Source of the DNA: Laetmonice hystrix
Lineage: Eukaryota
Length of the DNA: 64,000 bases
Direction of reading: 5' to 3'
Assembly: GCA_965235115.1 (NCBI GenBank)
Contig: OZ249436.1
Coordinates: 48,672,001-48,736,000 of the forward strand
Below, one piece after another: positions 1-13,199 of this stretch. How positions within the stretch are numbered: the first letter of the stretch is position 1; each line of letters starts with the position of its first letter. Below the pieces are notes generated by a model, which searched no databases, was not told where the DNA came from, and saw only the letters and a list, made by a program, of their open reading frames with translations. Made by a program: the position numbers and the translations under genes.

Positions 1-1025
1 TTGGACCCGTGGCTGGGAGACGGGTTTGGGACCGGTGGCCGTGCGGTGAGTTTGTCCCACTGACTGGGAGACAGGGGTAGGTTAACTCTGGATGGAACAG
101 TTCACCCGGGCGGTCGACTCGGGGCGACCCGGCTGTAGGCGCACGCTCAGAGCTTGCCGGAACCACGTCACCTGACGACAACCTGATGACAGATACCGCA
201 CCCCTGGCTGTCCACGGCTGGGGTGACTGGAAATGTCACGGGGCACGGGTATGGGGTGAAAGGGGTAAGGGGATCGACCTGGGATAAACTAGGTGATAAT
301 GATGTTCACGTGAGGGTTGGTACAATTCACCCCAACCCTCCCTCTGTCCAGGTGAATCCAGGACAATATAATATTGTTACGGGGAGCTGATGTCGCAGAC
401 TTACGTCACCTAAACATATTGCCGACAATGCAGCTGTGTATAAGTTGTTTTGTTATGGGCGTGTATTTTCCAGGTCCTTCATTTATGAATTTATAATTGA
501 CCATGTTCAGCTTGATTGTCAGATCGCGTTATGTAACTGGCTTTGTCAGATATAGGCTAGTGGTCAGAGGTAAACCTGCCCGTGTCGTCAGCCGCTGGGG
601 CCCATCAAATTACACTGTAACTTTCAGATTGTTCAATATGTACTCGCGTTTAAGATGTAGTCAATAAAATAAACGTGACCATGGTATGGTTTTCATCTGA
701 GAATTCCTTTTGTATATTAGAAATGACAACTGTATTATGGTTCACAAGATTGAATTAAGATATATTGGAAATATTTAAATAAATCTGATTATAGATATCA
801 TCCATACCAGGGAGTGAACATCAGATAGGAGCAGATTATCTATCGGAGCATATAATGACGTCAGTCGTGTTACCTTGACAACCGTGGGAGCGGGCAGAGC
901 GGGGGGATTACACTCCGGTAGTGGGCACTGGACTCTCACATGATTACAACCCGGTCACGTAGGCTGGTGGTCAGGGGGTCGGCTGACCAGTCCTGGTCAG
1001 TGATCAGTTGTTATGGAACATGGAA

Positions 1026-1196
1026 CGGGTGGGAAGGCGGACTCTCACCCCGACCGGCGGCCGGCGTGGGTGAGGTTCGGCCAGTGTCCGTCCCTCTACC
1101 CCGATGATACCGGCCCGGGTGGGAAGGCGGGCTCTCACCCCGACCGGCGCCCGGCGTGGGTGAGGTTCGGCCAGTGTCCGTCCCTCTACCCCGATG
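1026..1196. repeat. Two-copy 90-bp GC-rich tandem duplication
   Basis: cgggtgggaaggcgg...ccctctaccccgatg starts at 1026 and again at 1116; the copies are nearly identical. Confidence 0.9.
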
Positions 1197-1447
1197 TACC
1201 GATAAAGTCACATGGAATTATGTCTACACACCCGCCTCGGTACCCTTCATGTCCGGCCACAAAGACTGGCGTTTCTTTGTTACCCCGCCAACCCCTGGCC
1301 ACGCTTCAGGCCGTGCGCTGTTTTTCTGGTTGACTGACACAGGTCAGGGTAGTCACTTTGGATATCGAATGCTATACCGTCACAGAATAACTCCAGCTAA
1401 GTTTGCGTAAGATTCCATTTCTGGTTTCTACGAAATGGCTGCGAGCT

Positions 1448-1602
1448 GATAATCTGTATTTCATTTTCTGTCTCAAATAATTCATTGATAATAATCAGTA
1501 TTTCATTTTCTTTCTCAAATAATATTATTATTCATTGATTTCTGTCTCAAATAATTCATTGATAATAATCAGTATTACAATTTCTTTCTCAAATAATTCA
1601 TT
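1448..1602. repeat. Degenerate AT-rich tandem repeat (~42-bp unit, 3-4 copies)
   Basis: Recurring ttctstctcaaataattcattgataataatcagtatt. Confidence 0.65.
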
Positions 1603-2140
1603 CACAATATACTCCTTGCAGCCGTCACGGGACGTAAAACATTTCTGACATTAGATTCTGTACGTATGACCCGTACCATTGCCATTCCTACAGTAAACCA
1701 TACCGATCTTGGTGAGGTGTGAAAGGATTTAACGTTTCGAGTAGTCGTACAAGATGCCGTGGCATTGTGTCCATTGTATAACTCAGCAGACAACTGCTCA
1801 CTCATACAATATAACACGTATGTATACACCCAGGTAGACAGTGGGTGCGTGTGGGTGTGCATGGGGTGGTGTCAAGGGATATAGAAATAACCCCGGCACA
1901 GGTCCCTCCTCGGATCGCTGCTCATCTATAGGATCCTCTCGAATCGGAGACCGACTTAAACTATAGTTATAAAAAGCACGAATTATCAACATTCTGACTG
2001 AGTATAGGTTGTTTTTCATGGGCAGTCTACGAAACGTTTTTAAATGTCGGCCCAAATGTTGTCATCGGCAGGATCCACAAGTTAGAGCAGGTCTAGACAT
2101 GTCACGATCATGTTAAATACATGGGGTGGAAGGACGACCA

Positions 2141-3445
2141 TGTCGGGATGTGTTCAGGAAGGTGGTATGTGATTGACAGGTTCTACCTGTCGGGATGTGT
2201 TCAGGAAGGTGGTATGTGATTGACAGGTTCTACCTGTCGGGATGTGTTCAGGAAGGTGGTGTGTGATTGACAGGTTCTACCTGTCGGGATGTGTTCAGGA
2301 AGGTGGTGTGTGATTGACAGGTTCTACCTGTCGGGATGTGTTCAGGAAGGTGGTGTGTGATTGACAGGTTCTACCTGTCGGGATGTGTTCAGGAAGGTGG
2401 TCTGTGATTGACAGGTTCTACCTGTCGGGATGTGTTCAGGAAGGTGGTGTGTGATTGACAGGTTCTACCTGTCGGGATGTGTTCAGGAAGGTGGTATGTG
2501 ATTGACAGGTTCTACCTGTCGGGATGTGTTCAGGAAGGTGGTGTGTGATTGACAGGTTCTACCTGTCGGGATGTGTTCAGGAAGGTGGTATGTGATTGAC
2601 AGGTTCTACCTGTCGGGATGTGTTCAGGAAGGTGGTGTGTGATTGACAGGTTCTACCTGTCGGGATGTGTTCAGGAAGGTGGTGTGTGATTGACAGGCTC
2701 TACCTGTCGGGATGTGTTCAGGAAGGTGGTGTGTGATTGACAGGTTCTACCTGTCGGGATGTGTTCAGGAAGGTGGTGTGTGATTGACAGGTTCGGGATG
2801 TGTTCAGGAAGGTGGTGTGTGATTGACAGGTTCTACCTGTCGGGATGTGTTCAGGAAGGTGGTGTGTGATTGACAGGTTCTACCTGTCGGGATGTGTTCA
2901 GGAAGGTGGTGTGTCATTGACAGGTTCTACCTGTCGGGATGTGTTCAGGAAGGTGGTGTGTGATTGACAGGTTCGGGATGTGTTCAGGAAGGTGGTGTGT
3001 GATTGACAGGTTCTACCTGTCGGGATGTGTTCAGGAAGGTGGTGTGTGATTGACAGGTTCTACCTGTCGGGATGTGTTCAGAAAGGTGGTGTGTGATTGA
3101 CAGGTTCTACCTGTCGGGATGTGTTCAGGAAGGTGGTGTGTGATTGACAGGTTCTACCTGTCGGGATGTGTTCAGGAAGGTGGTGTGTGATTGACAGGTC
3201 TCTACCTGTCGGGATGTGTTCAGGAAGGTGGTGTGTGATTGACAGGTTCGGGATGTGTTCAGGGAGGTGGTGTGTGATTGACAGGTTCTACCTGTCGGGA
3301 TGTGTTCAGGAAGGTGGTGTGTGATTGACAGGTTCGGGATGTGTTCAGGAAGGTGGTGTGTGATTGACAGGTTCGGGATGTGTTCAGGGAGGTGGTGTGT
3401 GATTGACAGGTTCTACCTGTCGGGATGTGTTCAGAAAGGTGGTGT
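2141..3445. repeat. 47-bp minisatellite, ~28 copies, with 39-bp deletion variants
   Basis: Unit tgtcgggatgtgttcaggaaggtggtgtgtgattgacaggttctacc; several units lack tacctgtc. Confidence 0.97.
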
Positions 3446-3672
3446 ATGATGTTCAGGGATGGATCTCAGCATGCAAAGATGACAAAAGTGCCAGGACGAG
3501 TCCAAACAAGCTGTACGGCCTGACTCTGTCAGAGCAAGCCCGGACTTAAATTGTGTCTGTGTCATTGAGTCCTTGTATGCATGAGGAGCAGGAGCAGGAG
3601 GAGGGAAGGAGCAGGAGGAGGGGAGGAGCAGGAAAAGGGGAGCAGGGTGGGGGGAGCAGGGGGAGGAGGAGG

Positions 3673-4403
3673 GGGTACACCAAATCATGTAGCAGCAAGC
3701 CCTGACGCCACCAAAACATGTAGCAGAAAGCCTTGACGCCACCAAACCATGTACCAGCAGGTCCAAACGCCACCAAACCATGTAGCAGCAGGCCCTGACG
3801 CCACCAACCCATGTACATGTCATGTACATGTACCAGCAGGCCCTGACGCCACCAACCCAAGTACATGTACCAGCAGCCCCTGACGCCACCAAACCATGTA
3901 CCAGCAGCCCCTGACGCCACCAAACCATGTACCAGCAGCCCCTGACGCCACCAAACCATGTACCAGCAGGCCCTGACGCCACCAACCCATGTACCAGCAG
4001 CCCCTGACGCCACCAAACCATGTACCAGCAGCCCCTGACGCCACCAAACCATGGACCAGCAGGCCCTGACGCCACCAAACCATGTACCAGCAAGCCCAGA
4101 CGCCACCAAACCATGGACCAGCAGCCCCTGACGCCACCAAACCATGGACCAGCAGCCCCTGACGCCACCAAACTATGGACCAGCAGCCCCTGACGCCACC
4201 AAACCATGGACCAGCAGCCCCTGACGCCACCAAACCATGTACCAGCAGGCCCTGACGCCACCAACCCATGTACATGTACCAGCAGCCCCTGACGCCACCA
4301 AACCATGGACCAGCAGCCCCTGACGCCACCAAACCATGTACCAGCAGCCCCTGATGCCACCAAACCATGTATCAGCATCCCCTGACGCCACCAAACCATG
4401 TAC
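3673..4403. repeat. 31-bp minisatellite, ~23 copies
   Basis: Unit ccaaaccatgtaccagcagcccctgacgcca; it explains the repetitive minus-strand ORFs at 3431-4507. Confidence 0.96.
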
Positions 4404-5465
4404 CGAAAGGTCCTGGAGCCGTCCTCCCAGGCCCTGGCCGCAGTCTCCCAGACTTCATGCTTGGGTCCCCCGTCACCGACTCTCACGCGAGCCGCCGGGG
4501 TGCACACAACAATATGCCGACTGTTGTGGTGGTCCCAGTGGGCAGGAGTCGAGGCCTAATGACAGCCAGGGATGTCTGACTCCCACTGCGAGCAGGAAAA
4601 AACTCAACGGTGATAACAATCTGATCAAAATGGAAATCAGCCTTTGGTGAAAGTTATTAGATCAAACTGGCTGATATGGCGTCCCGGGTTTGTTGGCCAC
4701 ATTCATGGCTGGATAACGACTCACAATGGTTGGACTTGGAGGTATTTTGTAGGCGATAGATAACCATCTGAGGCACTTAGTTATCATGCGATCTCTACTC
4801 ATGTCAGCGCAACTGTGCTCAGGTTTGGGGCATTCTGGGGATATAGGTAGATTCCCTAAACAATCGAATCGGTTTTGAACGTATAACGTCTTGTTTGCGA
4901 CTAAACACGTGTAGAGGCTGACCTCAGTAATAAGCAGGATAACTTTTTATAAGACCTTTCTTAGATATCCCACTCCTTCGGGAAGGGGGGGGGGGGTCAG
5001 CGAGGATATATCATTGAAGGGCCAGGGAACGGGACCCAAGGTATCTTTGTACAGCGTACAGCAGTAAAACACTGGCCCGCCGAAGATATAAGTGAGAAAG
5101 CGATAGTTGGTCTATTTAACTTCACTACTGACTCATAAACTCGCCTTTAAATACGGTCGGTGATTATGTAATACGTAACATAATCGGAATAAATCATCTT
5201 GAACGCCAAGCACGTAGATAAACGAAGTGCCAATCTCTTCTGTTTCTGGTAGATTATAAGTGGTTCAAGTAGTCTGCATAGAGCAAGGAAAACGTGTGAC
5301 AAGTCTCGTTAGTGTGACCAGTAATTGGAAATGATGATTCGGTGAAAGGGTATGTCTAAGATTTAGCTATATCTGTGCAGGGCCCTGGGCCCTGGTTGAC
5401 CAAACTTGAGGTGTTGCTCCCACCTGAGATATCTAAGGCCTGGATTGTACCACTGGCAGTGCCGT

Positions 5466-5525
5466 GTTTGCACGTTGAAGAACCCAGGAACTTCTCAAAT
5501 AGAGTAGGGCGTTTCCCGGTGTACG
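5466..5525 (+). mobile_element. Remnant of a Deu/Nin-domain SINE central domain
   Basis: gcacgttgaagaaccc...aatagagtagggcgtttcccggtgt resembles the Deu/Nin core as I recall it (GCACGTWAAAGAACCC...AGAGTAGGGG...CCCGGTGT). No tRNA head or TSD seen. Confidence 0.45.
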
Positions 5526-6816
5526 GGTTTCTTCCTGTTTCATCATCGTCACCGTCTCAAATAGAATGCCTGTGACATGAAGGAACCTGTTCCCTTAAGA
5601 AGGCCAATTGTCACTTGCTAACACTCGGACAACTCCCCGCTAACGCTCGGACAAATTATTACACCGTAGAGAGATTAGGGAGTCATAATTTTCTCCAGGT
5701 AAAGAATAGATATTAGAGATAATAATAATATCGATGTGATTTTTGTAGATTTAGTTCAGTCCCTTTAACCAGTACGGGATATCTGGTGTTTTCTTTAACC
5801 AAGCAGAGTGTGATATCATCTTGGGATTCGGCAAGCTACTTGAGATAAGACCTCAGCCTATTGTCAAGGGTCAGTATCATCCGATGGCCCTGCTCGATAG
5901 ACTTGTAAGGACCTATCACCACCTCACACACACCATTTGCCTGCCACCCCCAGCGGTAATTTTCCATATTTGATAACACTGATAATGATCTTTCCGAGCG
6001 GCTAGCGCCGAGCATGAAATACGAGTTGACGGACTCGGCCCGGAACGGCCACTAGGGGCGCCACGGTCGGAGCGCCAGACCAGTGGAAGAATGGACAACA
6101 GATAGAGAGTTTCATGGCTCTCGAGTCCAGAGGTATCTCTCACTGAAGTAAAGAAATCGTAGAGCGCTCTTTGGAAAGATTTCTTTGTGGCGACAGTGTG
6201 AAACGAGTGCAGACACTAAGGACTCAGAAACGTCACCTCACCTGTAAGGCCAGCGATAGTTTCCGTTGGTCTCAGCGAGATCTTGTGAAACGCACCGCTG
6301 AGAGGCTGGAAAGGCTAGACTTTGAATGAGATTACTCATTAGTCACGTTTTCAAGTCATCAGACTGCGTGATGAACGTTGATCAGTTCATTAAGTAAAGG
6401 AGATGGGAGTTGGGAACGTAGACCATCCCACCTGTCTGGGTCCCCACCGTTTTATCAGTGTGTCAATATCCACAATGGATGATCGCAGATTTCGCATTTA
6501 ACAACCCCTCCCCCTTCTCGCTAAAGTTTCACCTCATTCAGTCATGTTTAATTTCAGCATTTGAATAACTTCTGACCAAAGTTTATCATCTTCCCCACGA
6601 CATGTTGATTTTTGCACCTTAGACCAGAAATAATCTCGTCGGTTGCACAATAATTACAAAGTACATTTGTACACGTAAATTAATAGTCCAAGCGTAACCT
6701 CAGGAAGAACCACACGGTTTTATAGTCCCGTCGGCCACGTGGATATGACTGAAGTACCTTACTGTTTCAGGAAGTATGGCATAAACGTTATCTAAAACAA
6801 GAAAATCCACAATACG

Positions 6817-6936
6817 GTGTCACCCACGTGTCACACCCGCATGTCACTCCCACGCGTCAGTCCCACGTGTCACTCCCACGTGTCAGTCCCACGTGTCACT
6901 CCCACGTGTCACTCCCACGTGTCACTCCCACGTGTC
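6817..6936. repeat. 13-bp tandem repeat (cccacgtgtcact)n, ~9 copies
   Basis: Direct reading; most units contain the E-box CACGTG. Confidence 0.9.
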
Positions 6937-7333
6937 GCTTGTGGTCAGGCTCCTGACATAGCACATTCACGTGGACATACACCTATAGCCTCCAGACGGG
7001 TAACTTACAGAGACAGTGGGATAAGTCATTTCGCCACCCTTTCCTTCATGTCACACTTCCATTTAGACCACACTTGTACTTTAGTAAATTACCATTCCTC
7101 TTAGAATATATTGTTTGGGTATGTCACCTCCTTGAGGCTATGCGTTCTGAGAGGTCGGAAATTGATACTTTGTGCCCTTCTCTACATTATCTCTCAGTCA
7201 GCATGCTCAAGGTGTTTGGCCAGTGGGGTAGGATGGTGCTTATTACTAGCCACGATTAAAAAGTTATCAAAATTCAAAATATGTTAATATTCAAAATATG
7301 CATTAAGCTTTGGTTCCTTCTGTGGATAATTCT

Positions 7334-7939
7334 CTTCTTCTTCTTCTTCTTCTTCTTCTTCTTCTTCTTCTTCTTCTTCTTCTTCTTCTTCTTCTTCTTC
7401 TTCTTCTTCTTCTTCTTCTTCGTCTTCTTCTTCTTCTTCTTCTTCTTCTTCTTCTTCTTCTTCTTCTTCTTCTTCTTCTTCTTCTTCGTCTTCGTCTTCT
7501 TCTTCTTCTTCTTCTTCTTCTTCTTCTTCTTCTTCTTCGTCTTCGTCTTCTTCGTCTTCTTCTTCTTCTTCTTCTTCTTCTTCTTCTTCTTCTTCTTCTT
7601 CTTCTTCTTCGTCTTCTTCTTCTTCTTCTTCTTCTTCTTCTTCTTCTTCTTCTTCTTCTTCTTCGTCTTCTTCTTCTTCTTCTTCTTCTTCTTCTTCTTC
7701 TTCTTCTTCTTCTTCTTCTTCTTCTTCTTCTTCTTCTTCTTCTTCTTCGTCTTCGTCTTCTTCTTCTTCTTCTTCTTCTTCTTCTTCTTCTTCTTCTTCT
7801 TCTTCTTCTTCTTCTTCTTCTTCGTCTTCGTCTTCTTCGTCTTCTTCGTCTTCTTCGTCTTCTTCTTCTTCTTCTTCTTCTTCTTCTTCTTCTTCTTCTT
7901 CTTCTTCTTCTTCGTCTTCTTCTTCTTCGTCTTCTTCGT

Positions 7940-7970
<31 letters not shown>

Positions 7971-8076
7971 TTCTTCGTCGTCTTCTTCTTCTTCTTCTTC
8001 TTCTTCTTCTTCTTCTTCTTCTTCTCCTTCTTCTACTTCATCTTCTTCTTCTTCTTCTACTTCTTCATCTTCTTCT
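7334..8076. repeat. (TTC)n/(GAA)n trinucleotide tract, ~740 bp, interrupted by GTC
   Basis: Direct reading; it produces the spurious poly-F and poly-L ORFs. Confidence 0.99.
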
Positions 8077-8989
8077 GCCCCTCCTCCTGCTTCTCGTCCT
8101 TCTCCCACTCCTTCTCCTCCTTCGGTAGCTCCCCAGGAAGTCCATATACCAAATATCCTGCAGAATGAATCTCACGTCAAATCTTGTAAAAGGGCGTAAG
8201 GGATATGACCTGGGCCCTAAAGCTATTGATCTCTACCCTGAAGATGGGTTTTTGTCACAACATACGCCACACACGTTGTTATACTGTGATCGCCTTTATG
8301 AAGAAGTAAACGACAAATAGTCTTATAGTTCTTTAAGAAAAGGAAAACTTTCAGCGTTAATACGATAAAACTGTCAAGTCAGCCAGATTTTATCCGAGTT
8401 CAGGGTTGCCACGTTAGAGATACTGACAAGTTATTTCATTATTCTACATTCTGATTTGAATCACAGCAAGGAGTGAACAGAAATGAACATTTTATGGGTG
8501 ATTGGAATAGGACGGAGCTGTTTTTTCCAATGTTGAAGGAATCGTTGTCAGTGAGCAGATCGAATTGGCAGGTCCGTCGGGTGTATGATCTCGTAATAAG
8601 TCCAACTTAAAGCGTGGATAACAAAGGTTTTAGACATATCATGCAACGACTTTGCATGAAAATTGTAAGAATTTTTTTAAGCAGGTAAGGCCGGTACATT
8701 GGACTCGACTGGCAGGTGAACTAAGAGTCTCTTCAGCCTGAAAAATGATTTTTGTAAAAAGTGAGCGTGCGTTCAGACACGGAAGGTTTCCGGCTGTACG
8801 ACGCATGCGTAGTGATCTGTGATCAAGCATACAGTGAGAAGTGGGTCTATAATTGGGCTAATTACAATATGTCCAGGGTCTATATGTCGTCATCAAGGGG
8901 ACAGTGACGTCTGGTGGGAACCTTTGTAATCCTAATCCTTGCCGTGTTGTGAATTCTTGTCCCAAGGGTGGCTGGACGGTGTGTGAAGA

Positions 8990-9215
8990 GATAAGGTATA
9001 GGGAAGGTCTGGATCTTCATGAAGTGAGGTTTTTGAGGGGAGAATATTGCCAGGGGTGTAGAAACAGATAAGGTATAGGAAATGCCTGGATTTGTGCGAA
9101 GTGAGGTTTTTCAGGGGAGGATGGGGCCAGGGGTGTAGAAACAGATAAGGTATATAGGAAATGCCTGGATCTGTGAGAAGTGAGGTTTTTCAGGGGAGGA
9201 TAGGGCCAGGAGTGT
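8990..9215. repeat. Diverged ~77-bp tandem repeat, 3 copies
   Basis: gataaggtatagg...gaagtgaggtttt...ggggag...gccaggggtgtag recurs near 8990, 9067 and 9144. Confidence 0.8.
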
Positions 9216-9423
9216 AGGGACAGATTGGTGTATGTTGCTGGTGGCGAGCGTCTGTCGGATTATTGTCCCTCCAATCTTCAGAGTATGAGGCGTGAAAACG
9301 GCCCTGATAACGTCAGCGATGGAGGGAAACGGGCAGGAAGACTGAGATAGAGGATAGACCAAGAGGACAGCGAGAAGGTAGTTTGTAGGGAAAGGCACAC
9401 CGAGAGACAGATGCGCAGGAGTG

Positions 9424-10044
9424 GAAACGGCGGGGGGGGGGGGGCACAGTCAGTGGAGGGAGGGGAAGGAGGAAGGGCAGGTACATAGAGCGGTGTGAGG
9501 ATTGACGCCCAGACATGGACACAGTCAGTGGAGGGAGGGGAAGGAGGAAGGGCAGAAACTTTGTACATAGAGCGGTGTAAGGATTGACGCCCAGACCTGA
9601 TCAACATTCCTCTACAGCAAACGGCGGGGGGACACAGTCAGTGGAGGGAGGGGAAGGAGGAAGGGCAGGTACATAGGGCGGTGTAAGGATTGACGCCCAG
9701 ACCTGATCAACATTCCTCTATAGCAAACGGCGGGGGGGGGGGGACACAGTCAGGGGAAGGAGACAGGGCAGGTACATAGAGCGGTGTGAAGATTGACGCC
9801 CAGACCTGATCAACATTCCTCTACAGCAAACGGCGGGGGGGGGGGGGGGGGGACACAGTCAGGGGAAGGAGACAGGGCAGGTACATAGAGCGGTGTGAAG
9901 ATTGACGCCCAGACCTGATCAACATTCCTCTACAGCAAACGGCGGGGGGGGGGGGGGGGGACACAGTCAGGGGAAGGAGACAGGGCAGGTACATAGAGCG
10001 GTGTGAAGATTGACGCCCAGACCTGATCAACATTCCTCTACAGC
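9424..10044. repeat. ~105-120-bp tandem repeat with variable poly-G, 5-6 copies
   Basis: aaacggc(g)nacacagtcag...ggcaggtacatagagcggtgt...gattgacgcccagacctgatcaacattcctctacagc recurs. Confidence 0.92.
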
Positions 10045-12355
10045 TAAGGTCGGGGTGATAGGTCAAAGGTTAGGAAGGAGAAGCCCCAGCGGCCACCAGC
10101 GTCTGCCAACGTGAAGACGCCATTGTCTGGGATCAACACCTCCATTGTTGACGGGCCTCTAATTGGTGGAAGGACAGTGGGTAACCTTATGTCAGGACAA
10201 GCTTTGGCTCGTGGAGTCACATCTACTGAGTGCTTGCCAACTGCTGCCAATGGCAACCGCTGCCCATGGCAACCCACAATCAATTGAACGTGCGCAACGT
10301 ATAAAAAATGTAAAGGTAGTTGTTAACGCCATCACTTGGGGTACTCCTTGTTAACTTAACACAACAACACACTGTCGCCGGCACTAGACAGAAGCGTGAC
10401 AGAGTTTATCCACAAGTTAAACATCAAAAGAAAGTTGAAGTGCGGTTTGACTGTCCGTCAGTGTCGCCTGTATGACTTGACCCCAGTTCTGATGGCAGGC
10501 GGCGCGGAAGTCGTCTTTGACGAGCATGCGCGGAATGGCCTTGACAGCTGGCTGCATGCTAAATATACGCTGCTTGGCGAGGGAGTGAAACTTCACACTG
10601 TTCGTGTTGTCTGCTCACTTCGCTGCCCACAAATTATGGAAGAAAAAAAACCCACGGACACCTTCATGTGATTTTCATATCAATAAATCAAGAACATGGT
10701 TGGCCAGTCATGTCTGAAAACATCTTGAGTTTGGAGATTTCGGCTGTCGTTTGTGTCTACCCATTGATTCTTGTCAGTTGTAAAGAAATCATGACTCTCA
10801 AACAGGTGCACTCTTTGACTTTGAAATGATCGCCAGAAAAAAAAGCATTTGTGAATTTAAAATGTAATATAGAACATATTGTGGCCTTGGTATCAGTGCC
10901 AGGCCTTAGATGTTGACCACTTAGACAGAACTAATTGACTCAGAAGTGACTGGGAGAAGGTTTCCACGTCTGTAGAGTGATTTTAGGGAGAATCCTCGAT
11001 CAGATATGAGACGTTGATGAAAGGATTTTGTAAGAATGGTCTGGTCAGAGTGACCAGCTGTGTGTAAGATGTTATCACTGTGGGTGTGAGCTAAGTAAGT
11101 CATCAAGCGGTCAATGATGCCTAGACCCTGACTGGGATGATGAACCAACACTCCTTCATTAAAACCCTCACAATCACCTTGGATTGGTTGGTCGTTCGAA
11201 CCGAGGAGGGGTCTCTGCGCGCAGACACAAGTACCCCGTAATTTGGGGTAAATTGTGAAAAATGGCGACATCTGAATCCGTTGATGTTACTGTTAACGAC
11301 TAGGGGTGGGAGAGGGGTAGGGTTGAGACGACATTACGGGTCAGATAAGGAGGGCCGGGTGGCGACATACCCGAGGGCATGGGGTGGAGGTCTGGGGCTG
11401 CAGGCCCCGCCCGCAATTACCAGTGTTATTTAGAGCCGTGTATACGCGTGGTACCCCACGGATTGGGGACATGCAGGTGTGGTCAGGTAGATCCAGCACC
11501 AACACAATCAGAGACTTTAACGAAAACATGTCTAAGTTGCATATTTCGTAAAAGATTGGCTACATGGACGTTCTGAGTACAATATAGTCGTCACACAACC
11601 CCTTTTAGTGGATCTGTATAGTGTATTTCATAGGAATCTCCCCATCCCCGAGGCCAGGGGCAATACAATACATGTGATAGGCATCTAGCAGCCAGAATCC
11701 GGGAGCTCTAGGAGGGGTAAGCATAAATCTGACTGATTTCACGGTAAATGGCCTGGCCGCAGGAGCTATCATTTTCTTGGCGATGCAGGTGAAAGGACTG
11801 AACCTACTCCGAGAACTCCGTATTGGCACATTTCGAAGAATTGGCTTAAGTTAGACTTTGCTTGCTCTGCCATTCTTGGATAGATATAAGTTCTTGTTCT
11901 AGAAACATCAAGGTATTTTTCGGTCTTTTCAATGAATAAAGAATTTCCCAAATGACGCTAAGACACTGCGTGTTGTTGAACGCATTCAAATTCAATCACT
12001 GTTTTTAAGTGGACACTTTCTGCAATCATTAGCTCGTTCTCACCTTCACTAAAAGACAATTCAATTTAATTGCGGAAATGACTGAGGGTTGATGACAGAG
12101 CGTGGTGTTAATAAGGTGAAGATTGCCCGTCCAGCCGGCCCGGTCAGCGGTCAGCAGGCCGGTGTACCAGTCTGTACTTTCCGCCGGGCCATGCTTTCCG
12201 CCGCTGGCCGTATCAACCTTCATTCCAACCCGCGTGTTGTTATTTACGTGTACGCCGAGTAACAACCAAATTGAAGATCGGCGTCTTCCAATGTCGCCTA
12301 ACTCCATGGATTTGCGAATATGGATTTGAGAACAGACCAGGGGAAGATACAGACT

Positions 12356-12502
12356 GTGACACCGGCCCGCGGGGTCCGTGCCGTCCCGTGCCCCGTGACA
12401 CCGGCCCGCGGGGTCCGTGCCGTCCCGTGCCCTGTGACACCGGCCCGCGGGGTCCGTGCCGTCCCGTGCCCCGTGACACCGGCCCGCGGGGTCCGCGCCG
12501 TC
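12356..12502. repeat. 39-bp GC-rich minisatellite, ~3.7 copies
   Basis: Unit gtgacaccggcccgcggggtccgtgccgtcccgtgcccc. Confidence 0.92.
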
Positions 12503-13199
12503 CCCCTCCTCTCATTTCCCGGCCAACCGCGGCGAGCACTCGGCTATGTCTCGACTACTCACGCTCGCTTCTCTGTAAATAGATCGTCAAAATGACAAAT
12601 TTGACGGAGCAGGCGATCGGACTGTTTCAGTTTGTGGGAAAATGGTCCTTGAAATTGGGGAGACAAGGGGCAATAGGATGATTAAAGAAATGTAGAATAA
12701 ACATCAAAACATCCCAAAATGCAACAAGTGTCTCAATCGTAACCTCAGGTGTATGAAAACGTTGGCATGTAAATTATATTGGGTCTGGCCAAACTGGCAA
12801 GTCTGAGAATAAGGATATCTAAATTTGAAAATGTAGACAAAGGAAGTGCATCTAGCACGGCACCGGATCTGTAATTGCTTTCACCACTTCAGAACGAATT
12901 GAAAGAAGTAAGCATCTTTTTCTCAACATAATCTGAGACCATATGTATACATACTCTACATGATGGGCATAATCTAAGAATACCTGATAGGTATAATAAT
13001 GCAGTAGATATGTTCCTATTTCCCGGTATCTCCGTATGGTTGTCACTGTAACCATACGCGAACGTTTAGTAAACCATGCGATGAATGAGTGCCGTTATTT
13101 CAAGACCTCATTAAATGAGTGCCGTCATTTCAAGACCTCGTTCAGTGTGGTTTGTAATGTTTTCAACACCTTGCCGTGAAATCATAGCTTAGCTTTGTG

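Noticed and set aside
3805..4280. tacatgta variants in the 31-bp array as proof of Tc1 footprints
   Set aside because: The inserted catgta duplicates adjacent sequence, so simple slippage explains it equally well; it was not used as evidence.
3431..4507. 358-aa Trp/Gly-rich ORF, and similar ORFs at 13195-14789, 18072-18620, 20383-21755 and 27839-28350
   Set aside because: These are stop-free frames of minisatellites, open in several frames at once, with no domain or splice support.
5916..5965. HLTHTICLPPP on the + strand as a serine-protease ICLP exon
   Set aside because: It is only a four-residue match, with no other protease exons or good splice sites.
7281..8168. 295-aa poly-Phe and 272-aa poly-Leu ORFs
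   Set aside because: They are translations of the (TTC)n tract.
12090..12120. ...gttaataag|gtgaa as the missing upstream DGKE exon ending in NK
   Set aside because: There is an in-frame stop nine codons upstream and no NFH/SR motif.
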